A stretch of DNA of 64,000 nt, taken from the IMG/VR virus record IMGVR_UViG_3300019776_000919, positions 64,001-128,000 of that record. One strand, written 5' to 3'. A program made the translations under genes and the position numbers. Position 1 is the stretch's first letter. Each line of letters opens with the position of its first letter. The notes under the pieces were generated by a model. The model was not told the DNA's origin, searched no databases, and saw only the letters and a program-made list of their open reading frames with translations. The DNA comes from a virus. Below, piece after piece: positions 20,259-29,050 of the stretch.

Positions 20259-21086
20259 TCACAGACCGTTTTGCAGGACCGGGATTCCGCCACGGGTAAC
20301 CGGGGCCAGAGCCTTCGGAGCCTTGTCGCTACCGAACAGGTCACCGTCACCCAGCAGGGCCATCATGACCATGGGGTTCATGCCGCCAGCACCAGCGCCG
20401 CCCAGGCCACCGGTCATCATCAGCAGGGGCAGCATGTCCTTCAGGTCACCACCCTTACCGCCCAGACCGCCGTCTTTCAGCAGCATCAGGGGCAGGATGG
20501 ATGCCATGGGATTGGCAGCGGGAGCGCCAGCAGCGCCGCCAGCAGCGCCAGCTTGAGAGGTCAGCAGCAGCAGGGGCAGCAGCTTTTCCAGCTTCGAGTC
20601 GCCGTCGTTACCACCCAGCATCAGCAGAGGCAGGAGGTTGCTAGCGAAACCAGCAGCACCATCGGCACCGCCAGTGAAGCTGAACAGATTGCGAACAACC
20701 AGGATACCTGACGAACCCAGGATTTGAACCTTCGGGGGGCTGTAGGTCTTGTTGTTGCCATTGTGATCCAGAACCTTCAGAGCAGCACCAGTCTTACCGG
20801 TAACCCAACCGATGATGCCAGCATCACCAACAACGATATCGCCTTCGTTGACTTCTTCAAAAGTCGACTGGGTAGCGAAAGCGGGGATTTTGACTCCCAG
20901 ACCTTCGATGGGGTTGACGTTAACGCCGTAGATCTTCGGATCTGACGGAGTAGCGCCATGGGCAATCGACAGGCTATAAACGCCGTTTGCAGTTTCCAGG
21001 CCGATGCCGCCAGTAGTGATGTCCCAAACCAGGCCGCTGATGCGACGGAACATACGATTCATGAACTTATTGGTAATATTTGACAT
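20259..21086 (-). CDS. hypothetical protein with Gly/Ala/Met-rich repeated LLPLLML helices
   Basis: GC-rich codon usage; repeats LLPLLML, LLPLLLL, ILPLMLL, MLPLLMM, MNPMVMM. Confidence 0.75.
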   Translation of the reverse strand: MSNITNKFMNRMFRRISGLVWDITTGGIGLETANGVYSLSIAHGATPSDPKIYGVNVNPIEGLGVKIPAFATQSTFEEVNEGDIVVGDAGIIGWVTGKTGAALKVLDHNGNNKTYSPPKVQILGSSGILVVRNLFSFTGGADGAAGFASNLLPLLMLGGNDGDSKLEKLLPLLLLTSQAGAAGGAAGAPAANPMASILPLMLLKDGGLGGKGGDLKDMLPLLMMTGGLGGAGAGGMNPMVMMALLGDGDLFGSDKAPKALAPVTRGGIPVLQNGL

Positions 21087-21221
21087 ATTGTTACTTTCAA
21101 TTGAACTAAAGAATAAGAAAAAAGAACGCGTTGCTTTTTATAGTTTTACCAAAAAAAGAAGCTTCTAATTTTCACAATCTGGTTGCCCAATCTGTTACTA
21201 ATCAGAAGCCTCTTATAAAAA

Positions 21222-21297
21222 TGGTAGCTCCGGCTGGAATCGAACCAGCGACCTTCACCTTATCAAGATGTTGCTCTACCGACTGAGCTACAAAGCT
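21222..21297 (-). tRNA. tRNA-Ile(GAT)
   Basis: Cloverleaf, TTGATAA loop, CCA; one mismatch at the top of the anticodon stem. Confidence 0.85.
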
Positions 21298-21441
21298 AAG
21301 GAAACTAAGAAAACCTTAGACGTAAGTCTTGTTTACAATTTTCTTATACCACGTAATTTGAAAATATTGAAATACTATTATAAGTTATTAGGTTAGTGTT
21401 AAAGCTTAAAATAATAGCAACTTTCCTAAATATAAATCCAA

Positions 21442-22362
21442 ATGGCATTTACTTCTTTTACTAGATCATATGGCGTAGCTTACGCTAACTACAAGGTACA
21501 AATTACCGACGCCGCTAACGGGGCGTCCGCCATCGTATTAAATACCTCAGGGGCTGTGTTAAGTAACATTGGACTAGCTACCTTAGACTCCAGTGGAAAT
21601 TTATCTGTAATACTAGATGACTCTAGAACTTGGAATGTAAATGTAGTAGATGAAGTTCACGACGCTAATACTATCGGCATGGCTACTTCATCACCTAGTG
21701 GTCTTCTAGGGCCGGACAATAGGTTAGCTCCAGGTGCTCTAACTCCGGCGCAAGCCAATGCTCTAAAGAGTTCAGATGGTGCATGTGGATACTTAGGTAC
21801 TTTAGCTTGGGCAAGCAGGCCACTTACAGGATTAAGTGTAGGTAATACCGCTAGGTTTACTGGAATTGGTAGACAAGTGGAGTTATGGACTTGGGATGGC
21901 TCAAGATGGATGGCACCCGGCATTATAATCTTGGCACAATCAGCAGTAAGCGCACCTTTAACCGGAACAACTTCAGCCACTATACTTACAAATATTACAA
22001 TTCCAGGTGGATGTATGGGTCCTAACGGCAGTATTAGAATTACTTTCTACGGATCCATGACTAATAACGCTAATAATAAAACTTGGATTGTTAGATTCGG
22101 AACGTCTACTACTCAATATTATTTAGTAGGGCTTAGTAATGCTGCGGCAGTATGGTCTACTTTAACAATTTCAAACAGGGGTGCAGTCGGTGCTCAAATA
22201 GGCACTCCTACCGGATCTTCTGTAGCCCCGGGTCCCATTCCTGCGCTAGTAACGGGAAGTGATAACACTGATGTGGATCAAACACTGCAAATTATCGGTA
22301 TTCTAGGTACGGCGTCAGACACTATGGCCGTAGAAGCCTATAAGGTGGAACTATTGCAGTAA
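21442..22362 (+). CDS. putative virion fibre/structural protein
   Basis: Thr/Gly/Ser/Ala-rich beta-type sequence, LWTWDGSRW motif; on the + strand like the portal and RNAP genes. Confidence 0.55.
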   Translation: MAFTSFTRSYGVAYANYKVQITDAANGASAIVLNTSGAVLSNIGLATLDSSGNLSVILDDSRTWNVNVVDEVHDANTIGMATSSPSGLLGPDNRLAPGALTPAQANALKSSDGACGYLGTLAWASRPLTGLSVGNTARFTGIGRQVELWTWDGSRWMAPGIIILAQSAVSAPLTGTTSATILTNITIPGGCMGPNGSIRITFYGSMTNNANNKTWIVRFGTSTTQYYLVGLSNAAAVWSTLTISNRGAVGAQIGTPTGSSVAPGPIPALVTGSDNTDVDQTLQIIGILGTASDTMAVEAYKVELLQ

Positions 22363-23363
22363 TGATAACATCCACAATTCCAGTTCTGCAAGGAAGCGTC
22401 ACTGTACCAAGCGATTTTTGTGGAAATCATTTCAACAACGTATCGCCTGTAGAAAACCAATATCGAAGCTGTGTTCTACATGATGCCGCTGGGTGTGATT
22501 GGGGGGAGATACATACTGCTCCAGGGGTATTTAATTGGTCTGCTTTAGATGCAAGAGTTGCTTCTATAGGTTCAAAATCTTGGACTTATGTTGTATCCAG
22601 AACTCCTACTTGGGCAAGTGCTAGACCCAATGAGCCTCACCCTTATGGGGCTGGGGCGGCGGCAGAACCCGCTGACATGTCTAATCTTTACAACTTTATC
22701 GTAGCTCTTTGTAATAGATACCCTACTCTATCCAAAATAGAAGTTTGGAATGAACCAGATATAGCTGCTCCGTTTGCCCCAATATGGTATACAGGTACTG
22801 TTGCTACTTTTGTAACGTTAACTCAAAGTATATATAACGCTGCTAAATCTGTCAGACCCCAAATAAAAATACTTGGGCCATCTTGTACGAACTACTTAAC
22901 CACTTGGTTTAAACAGTTTCTTCAAGCAGGAGGGGGTTCCTATATAGATGCTTGGGCAATTCACGGTTATTTCTTACAATGGAGTAGCCCCAACAACTCT
23001 ATGCTAGGGTTATTAAGAACAATCAATTGTTTATATGTATCTTGTAGTGATACAGGTATTACAAAATCGGAAATTTACTTGACTGAATTTGGTCAATTTG
23101 GAGCTAGGGCAGAATCTTCTGATTCAGAATACATACGTCAATTTAAACAAGGTATGATTCTTGCTGCGGCACTGAAGATAAAGCAGGCAAGTTGGTATGC
23201 ATACGATGATGCCGTGATGGGGTATTCTGGTCGCCCAGTAGTTGAAAACGCAATAGCTGATTTTATAAACAGTTTTTGTGGATCTACGTTATCTAATGTA
23301 ACAATAAACATGCCAGAATGTTCTATTACATGCTCTATTAACGGCGTTGTTCAAACAATCTAA
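22362..23363 (+). CDS. clan GH-A glycoside hydrolase (GH39/GH5-like)
   Basis: W..IH..PGVFNWS.LD, TPTWAS, acid/base EVWNEPD, nucleophile IYLTEFG. Confidence 0.8.
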   Translation: MITSTIPVLQGSVTVPSDFCGNHFNNVSPVENQYRSCVLHDAAGCDWGEIHTAPGVFNWSALDARVASIGSKSWTYVVSRTPTWASARPNEPHPYGAGAAAEPADMSNLYNFIVALCNRYPTLSKIEVWNEPDIAAPFAPIWYTGTVATFVTLTQSIYNAAKSVRPQIKILGPSCTNYLTTWFKQFLQAGGGSYIDAWAIHGYFLQWSSPNNSMLGLLRTINCLYVSCSDTGITKSEIYLTEFGQFGARAESSDSEYIRQFKQGMILAAALKIKQASWYAYDDAVMGYSGRPVVENAIADFINSFCGSTLSNVTINMPECSITCSINGVVQTI

Positions 23364-23402
23364 AAAATAAACTAAAAGCTAGGGGGTCCTAGCTTACCTG
23401 GT

Positions 23403-24332
23403 TTAACCCAGGCTCTTCAAGTGTTCATGCACTGCGTCATTGGTACCCAGCAGCACCATGACTTGTTTACCGCCCCGGCGACCAAGCACCTTCTCTTTGT
23501 GAGGCTTGCTCATAGCCCCTTCGAGCACGATCATGTGATCGTAACCCATGATGCCCCGGATATCCGGGTCAGTCGAGGTTTCAATTTTAAGATGCGGATG
23601 CTTGCTCTGGTAGTTCGGCTGCAGGGCGTGGTTCACACCAAAGATCAGCACAGACGGTTTGCGCTTCGGTTGATGCAACGGGGCCGCAGTCAACGGGAGT
23701 TCCATTGCTTGGCTTTGCCCTTCTGGCCGGGTCAGGACATCCATCATCCCCTCCACTTCTGCCCGCAACTGACTCAGTTGAGCCAATTGCTGATCCTGTT
23801 TGGAAACCAGCTCAGTGAACTGAGTCAGAATCTTCGAAGAGATGGCGTCAACCAACTCAGGCATCATGGCCCGCAACTTGTCCTCAATGATCTTGCTAGC
23901 GGGGATCTCCACCTTCTCCCGTACCATGGGGGATGGAATGATGGCCTTGAGCTTTTGGGTTTGCCCGTAAGGCTTATCCCGGCCAGTCAATGTTGGGACG
24001 TAGTGACCAACGGAGAAGTCCTCAACCTTGGGCGAAGCCTTTTGAGGAGACGTGGTTGCAACCAGCTCTTCAATCTTCACCTCCAGTTCCTTCGCTGCTT
24101 TCTCTTTCTGAGCAGCATAGATACTCAGGAAAGTGCGGCTGGTGTCGTACAAAGTCGAAGGGCTGGTGAAAGCACGGCGGCGGTGAATGGGGAGATCCAG
24201 TTGGACTTCAAGAAGAAGTTCACGAAGCTCCTTCATTGTCCGAGGCTTTTCCGCCTCGTTTCTTGGGCCAAACTTTGCAGCCATCAAAGCCAACTCGTCT
24301 GCGTCCCAAAAAATTCGAACACGTTTGATCAT
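23403..24332 (-). CDS. hypothetical protein
   Basis: GAGG RBS and phage promoter upstream; GC-rich codons. Confidence 0.7.
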   Translation of the reverse strand: MIKRVRIFWDADELALMAAKFGPRNEAEKPRTMKELRELLLEVQLDLPIHRRRAFTSPSTLYDTSRTFLSIYAAQKEKAAKELEVKIEELVATTSPQKASPKVEDFSVGHYVPTLTGRDKPYGQTQKLKAIIPSPMVREKVEIPASKIIEDKLRAMMPELVDAISSKILTQFTELVSKQDQQLAQLSQLRAEVEGMMDVLTRPEGQSQAMELPLTAAPLHQPKRKPSVLIFGVNHALQPNYQSKHPHLKIETSTDPDIRGIMGYDHMIVLEGAMSKPHKEKVLGRRGGKQVMVLLGTNDAVHEHLKSLG

Positions 24333-24413
24333 TGCATACCCTCATATGCGGTTTAGAAGGAATATCCCTTCATACTATTCTTATACCATATTACAATGTA
24401 AGAATTGACTAAA
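24332..24413. repeat. 82-bp promoter/RBS cassette, copy 1
   Basis: TTGCATACCCTCATATGCGG...CTTATACCATATTACAATGTAAGAATTGACTAAA; one mismatch versus 25842-25923. Confidence 0.9.
24380..24409 (-). promoter_or_regulatory. conserved phage promoter (T/G)TCAA-N15/16-TGGTATAAG, representative copy
   Basis: + strand CTTATACCA at 9205, 10686, 15041, 21343, 24380, 24991, 25890, 28332, 31779, 33600, 39914, 43848, 48740, 49387 and 59319, nearly always followed 15-16 nt later by TTGA(A/C) or TTGG, and always upstream of minus-strand genes or tRNAs. Confidence 0.88.
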
Positions 24414-24467
24414 TAATCTAAAAACAGGTATTTAAACCTGTTTTGGTCAACTTCTTGACCGGAATTA

Positions 24468-24950
24468 CTACTTTGAGTAATTCATCATGCAAAGGAAGAG
24501 GTAGTCGTTGATTTCGTCTATTTCTACATTACAAGGCTCTTTGAGCAAATCAATCCCTTTGTTGAGACTCAACAGAGCATATATGAGAAACTCTATTGCA
24601 TCACCGATATTGGTGGCGTCAAGCGCCATCTTAAAATATCCCGCTGGACTGGCTGGGTGAAACCATTTAGCAAGGTATCCAGTTTCCATTCCCTCTACAA
24701 GGTCTCCGGAGACATTGTTCAGTTTATTCGAAACCTTAGTGACGAGGTCGTCCGACAGTAACTCCCAAAACTCTCTATGAGCTTCTCCGCCCATCAGTTC
24801 CAATTTTGAAAGATTCATCGGGAGAACTTTCAGCAAATCTTTTGCCGAAATATTCTCGTCAAGTTGACAAAGAACTTCTACGTCCTCTTTAATCTCGTAA
24901 AACTTAGCAAGGGCAACTAATTCTGCTTTTTTAAAATATAACATTTTCAA
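24468..24950 (-). CDS. hypothetical protein
   Basis: GGAGG RBS, TTG start, promoter at 24991. Confidence 0.65.
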   Translation of the reverse strand: MKMLYFKKAELVALAKFYEIKEDVEVLCQLDENISAKDLLKVLPMNLSKLELMGGEAHREFWELLSDDLVTKVSNKLNNVSGDLVEGMETGYLAKWFHPASPAGYFKMALDATNIGDAIEFLIYALLSLNKGIDLLKEPCNVEIDEINDYLFLCMMNYSK

Positions 24951-25072
24951 CCTCCGTATATGTAAGGAAGAGATATTTCTTCGTACTATTCTTATACCAT
25001 ATTACAATATTAGAATTGACTAGGAATTATCGTTTTCTTAACTAAAGAAATGGGGTTGCCATTTCTAACTCC

Positions 25073-25456
25073 TTATTGGAGTTTTATCGGATTTATCTCC
25101 GGGTTGTTGAACACCCAAAGGTCCAACGCTTTTCTCAAAGTGTCACCTTGAATGCGAGTCAGGGACTTGTCCTTGAGAGGGATCAGTTCCAGTGCAATGC
25201 CATAGCTATCAAGGACATGACCGACCTTGATGATCGTCTTGAAGAATTGGTCCAGGCCAACTCCCAGGTCGACGCACAGCATCATTGCCTGGTTGAAGTC
25301 AAGGGTCAATTCTCCCCGCTCGTAACGAGAGTAATGCTTTTCGCTTACTTTCAGCGATCCGCACACCTCGGCTCTGGTGGCTTTGCGAAGCTCACGGTAT
25401 TTCCGAAGCACCAGCCCGACAATTTCGGGAAAAATGACGTAGAGATTGTTGCTCAT
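25073..25456 (-). CDS. XRE-family HTH protein
   Basis: LRKYRE....TRAEV...L.VS...YSRYERGE; GGAGG RBS before MSNN. Confidence 0.8.
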   Translation of the reverse strand: MSNNLYVIFPEIVGLVLRKYRELRKATRAEVCGSLKVSEKHYSRYERGELTLDFNQAMMLCVDLGVGLDQFFKTIIKVGHVLDSYGIALELIPLKDKSLTRIQGDTLRKALDLWVFNNPEINPIKLQ

Positions 25457-25457
25457 T

Positions 25458-25847
25458 TCAACCTCCGAAAGCAATGGCTGTGTGTTCGTTATCCAATTGG
25501 ATAACTTTGTCCTTGATAAGATCTTTCAAGGCTTTACCACGGAGTTGGATTCCGGAAAGTTCCTCTTTCTCCACTTCAACTTCAATCCCCTTGTCGAAAA
25601 GGAAACACTCGACGCCGGACGTAATTTGAAAGAAGTCTTCCATCTGAACGTCCAGATGGGTGAGCGTCAGGTAGAGATTGGTGACGCTCATCGGTACTTC
25701 ACCAGTTTCGTAGCGGGAGTAAGTAGAGACCGAAACCTTCGTTTCGGCGGCTACTCCGGTCTGAAGGAGATTTCTCCGTTTGCGGAGCTGCTCGATAATA
25801 GTGCCGACGAGAACGTCGTACGTACAGAAAACTTCGGTCATTTGCAT
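25458..25847 (-). CDS. XRE-family HTH protein (paralog of neighbour)
   Basis: LRKRRNLLQTGVAAETKVSVSTYSRYETGE. Confidence 0.82.
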   Translation of the reverse strand: MQMTEVFCTYDVLVGTIIEQLRKRRNLLQTGVAAETKVSVSTYSRYETGEVPMSVTNLYLTLTHLDVQMEDFFQITSGVECFLFDKGIEVEVEKEELSGIQLRGKALKDLIKDKVIQLDNEHTAIAFGG

Positions 25848-25923
25848 ACCCTCATATGCGGTTTAGAAGGAATATCCCTTCATACTATTCTTATACCATA
25901 TTGCAATGTAAGAATTGACTAAA
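25842..25923. repeat. 82-bp promoter/RBS cassette, copy 2
   Basis: Near-identical to 24332-24413. Confidence 0.9.
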
Positions 25924-25928
25924 GTAAG

Positions 25929-25955
25929 CTAAAAACAAGGGGTTTAGCCTTGTTT
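25929..25955 (-). terminator. intrinsic terminator after the structured RNA
   Basis: AAACAAGG-loop-CCTTGTTTTTAG on the minus strand. Confidence 0.65.
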
Positions 25956-26446
25956 GCTGCCGTTAGGCAGATCGTGAAGAACCCTTGCAACCCTAGGGAT
26001 GGTTAGTCTTAAGTCGAAAAGTCGGAACGCAGGTAGTCGGTAAATCGGATAATCGAAACGTCTGAATTCGGAAATTCGGAGTACCGATAATCCACCCAGT
26101 TATAGCCAGGCGGATGTGTTGTTTCCAATAAATAAGGTTTGCTTTACCGATGCAAATTTGGCACCTAACGATGGTGCCCCGACAATGTAGCTGCGCAACT
26201 ACTCGTGATAGGCTCACGGTGGCCTTCCTAGTCGCATTGCAAAGGTTCTTTTTATTAAGTATTACACGTATATATAGAATGTACAGCCAATAAGGCGAAC
26301 TTCTTAGCGCTACCTAAGTTTCATGCTTCTTATTATAACTAATACATTCCTCAACTAGATGGAGTCCCTACGCAGGCTCTGTCCTTTTCAGGGAGCGTAA
26401 GTATCCATTACGTGAATACTTAATTCACGATCTGCCTAACGGCAGC
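25956..26446 (-). ncRNA. ~490-nt structured RNA with short tandem repeats, directly 3' of the DIP1984-like gene
   Basis: Perfect 23-bp terminal inverted repeat (25956-25978/26424-26446), two nested long stems, several hairpins, ~11 repeats of 7-8 nt ending mostly in YCGA. Confidence 0.75.
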
Positions 26447-26456
26447 TGTTTCAAGG

Positions 26457-27146
26457 TTAGTTGAAACGAACGGTCAGCGGGATTGCTGCATACTCCGGCT
26501 GGATCGGAATGTAGATCGTATTGACCTGTTCCAGATTCAGGTTGAGTTCAATGGCCCAGTTTGCCTGTTGGATTGCAGCGTCCGCTTCACGCAGGCAGTC
26601 CGAAGCAAAGCGCAAGGCCTTGACGGCACCGATCACGTCGAACGGCGTGTAGGTGAAATTCCAAACGTCTTCTGAACCACCCTCCTCTCCGGGTCGGGTA
26701 ATCCGGCCGGATTGAGGGACACGGCTGATGCCAACCACCTGCTCACCGCTGTTGGGACGGGAGGTCATTTCCGTCAACAGACGGACCTTGATCTGCAGCT
26801 TCTTGCGCAAGAGCAGCAGCTGACCCAGGGTGATCGAAACCTTGTTCTGATTCGGAGTTTCAGGGTAGCTGTTCGAAAGCAGGTATTCGGGGACCTGCAG
26901 GGTCGTCGAGGCGTTGGCCGTTTGGATGGCCAGATCCAGGGCCGTGATTGCGTTCAAGATGTAGTCTTGAGAACGCAGGGCGCTTTCAACGGTCTCGACG
27001 TGAACTCGCTGAAAAACTTCAGCGGTAACGTTTGCCCCGAGGGCGGTGCTGATCCTCTGCGGCTTCGGCGTCAGGTGAGCCGTGCTCAGCATCGTGACCT
27101 TCACGTTCATTTCCTTGCGTATGGTCAAAGCTTCAGCGAGTTTCAT
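26457..27146 (-). CDS. DIP1984/DUF6847-like coiled-coil protein
   Basis: MKLAEAL..R start and internally duplicated halves (ITLGQLLLLRKKL; LDLAIQTANA / ADAAIQQANW). Confidence 0.78.
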   Translation of the reverse strand: MKLAEALTIRKEMNVKVTMLSTAHLTPKPQRISTALGANVTAEVFQRVHVETVESALRSQDYILNAITALDLAIQTANASTTLQVPEYLLSNSYPETPNQNKVSITLGQLLLLRKKLQIKVRLLTEMTSRPNSGEQVVGISRVPQSGRITRPGEEGGSEDVWNFTYTPFDVIGAVKALRFASDCLREADAAIQQANWAIELNLNLEQVNTIYIPIQPEYAAIPLTVRFN

Positions 27147-27192
27147 TTCAGTTCTTTCAGTCGGGTTGAAATAGTCGGATTGGATTTGCAGT

Positions 27193-27711
27193 TTACGACC
27201 GCAGGCGTTTCATGCATCGATCAAGTGCTTCTCCATCGATAACCCCTATGGAGAAGAAATCCTTGGGGTCAAGGGTTAGTGACCACCGATCTTGGCAATC
27301 CATTGTGGTTGCCGTGAAAGGGACGGTATTGATCACCACCACGAAAGGGTAACTTCCTTTTGAACCACGGATCATTTCACCACCAAATTTCTTGACGATG
27401 TCACCGACCTTCAAGGTGACTCCCGTCCTGACCGTCTCTTTACGGACTTCAGGGGTGGGCGAAGTCATTCGAGGTATCAACGGCTCCGCAATCAGCGGTT
27501 GAAAACCCAACCCAACTTGCAGGGTAGGGATTTCTTGCGTTGCCGATTTTTTGGTTTCCACCTGAATCAACTTGGGACCCGAATCTTGTTTCGGCAATTG
27601 ATTCGGCATCCGGAAAGGAGGAGCTGATTTTTCAATCGGCAAATTTCCAATCCCCGTTACCAACGAAGGAGGAGTGGTTTGAATCTGGAAATCAGACATA
27701 GCGTGTAACAC
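27193..27711 (-). CDS. hypothetical protein
   Basis: Pro-rich N-terminus with compact C-terminal domain. Confidence 0.6.
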   Translation of the reverse strand: MLHAMSDFQIQTTPPSLVTGIGNLPIEKSAPPFRMPNQLPKQDSGPKLIQVETKKSATQEIPTLQVGLGFQPLIAEPLIPRMTSPTPEVRKETVRTGVTLKVGDIVKKFGGEMIRGSKGSYPFVVVINTVPFTATTMDCQDRWSLTLDPKDFFSIGVIDGEALDRCMKRLRS

Positions 27712-27731
27712 CTATTTGTTCAAGTTGGTAA

Positions 27732-28280
27732 TGGTAGGCCGTGTTGGATTCGAACCAACGACCAAAGGATTCGTACCACTTCGACTTTCGCCGCCGTCTT
27801 TCGACGTTCGTGGTCTGGACTATGTCTTGACCATACTACCGTCGCAGGTTAGGTCCGTGCTGTTTAGTCTCTACACCTTTCGCCTTAGGGGAGGCGACTT
27901 GGCTCGGCATTAGCTTGGAATTGTATGAACACGTCAGGAGTTCAGGAAAGGGCGCACCACAATCCTTCAGTCCATGATCACTATTCATGCCCTTCTTTAG
28001 CTTTCGCCGAATTTAACACGATTCATCCCAAATCTCACAGTAGTTCGCATTGCATCGGATTAACCTATCCTCTGAGGGGAGGATGATTGAATTATGCCTT
28101 GTGAGCATATCAATTTATTTGCAATGTTACTATACCGGCTTTTGATTTAGTTTATACGCCTTTCGGTTGAGTCGTTACGCCATCCGGGCTGATGACTACC
28201 GCTCATTTTTCGTAGATGCACAATACTGAAAATGAGATTTACTATGAGTCCTCTGCTCTAACCATCTGAGCTAACGGCCC
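27732..28280 (-). tRNA. tRNA-Ile2(CAT) interrupted by a group I intron
   Basis: 5' exon 28280-28244 (GGGCCGTTAGCTCAG...GGACTCAT), 3' exon 27771-27732 (AATCCTTTGGTCGTTGGTTCGAATCCAACACGGCCTACCA). Confidence 0.9.
27772..28243 (-). mobile_element. group I intron (472 nt) with a structured ~195-nt P1-loop insertion
   Basis: P1 CTCAT^AGTA/TACTGTGAG with U.G at the splice site; P AATTCGGCGAAAG, Q AATGCCGAGC, R GTAGAGACTA, S AAGACATAGTCC; terminal G. Confidence 0.88.
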
Positions 28281-28522
28281 ACTGCCAACTTTTTAAAGCA
28301 TAAAGCAATGTACAGATTTCTCTGTACTATTCTTATACCATGTTGTAATACGATTATTGAATTACTAAAGAGATCTCAGTTTGTATTTGTCATTCCTTCG
28401 GTATACAGTCTCTAACCACACCCAATGCACAACGTCTTCATTGTATTGATTTTGAGTAGTGACTAAAACCGGATACCAAGCAAACCAATTCTTCCATCCG
28501 TGGTCAGGTATGATTCTGATTC

Positions 28523-29050
28523 TCATCGTTTAAATTTTGCCCGTGTGAAGATTAAAGCCGCCAAAGCAATGCCGAGTAAGAACATGGATCCGGGTTCAGG
28601 GACCTTGTTAGTTAATACTAGAATTTCTTTTTCCTGACTACGTTCCTCAGGGATGGGGTCCGGGATTTTGAACTCAGTTCGTTGATGTCTGTCAATTAAA
28701 GAAATGTTGTTGCAAACAGTAGGGATTATTACACACACTTTCGGGGTGCAATAAACCAGGCCTCGTTCAACCCTGGCAGGCTCCCAGTTCATTTTGACAT
28801 TTCGACAAATCTTATTTCTACCAAAAGCCATGTAGCGAAGATTGTCATATTTGTAGTAAAAGCCCTCAATACCCTTTTGAGTAATGGTTGCCATCTCTAC
28901 ATAGTCTTTTTTTTCAACTAGAGTGGTTAGCTTTCGCTTATCCTCTATGTCAATGGGTAAACGATAAATTGCATCACCTAAATTTCCGCCGCCGTTCCGA
29001 AACGAATCCAATCCTGGATTTGTCCAATCGCAATTGTCCAGAAATATCAC
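28523..29050 (-). CDS. MHFG-type PEP-CTERM protein
   Basis: W..PG.D, LRYMAFG, GLVYC....VIIPTVCNNIS, C-terminal VPEPGS + TM helix + basic tail. Confidence 0.82.
   Translation of the reverse strand: MIFLDNCDWTNPGLDSFRNGGGNLGDAIYRLPIDIEDKRKLTTLVEKKDYVEMATITQKGIEGFYYKYDNLRYMAFGRNKICRNVKMNWEPARVERGLVYCTPKVCVIIPTVCNNISLIDRHQRTEFKIPDPIPEERSQEKEILVLTNKVPEPGSMFLLGIALAALIFTRAKFKR

Noticed and set aside
23421-24356. 311-aa + strand ORF, and similar ORFs at 8375, 20271, 26712, 41388 and 47875
   Set aside because: Antisense shadows of minus-strand genes that have RBS, promoter or motif support.
26004-26093. CRISPR array or coding repeat
   Set aside because: Units are 7-8 nt, degenerate, have no spacers and are not a multiple of 3; the 74-aa ORF 25993-26217 has no RBS and lies inside paired stems.
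25956-26446. Retron msr-msd or MITE
   Set aside because: No reverse transcriptase or transposase in the window, no second copy, and the nested multi-domain pairing fits a folded RNA better.
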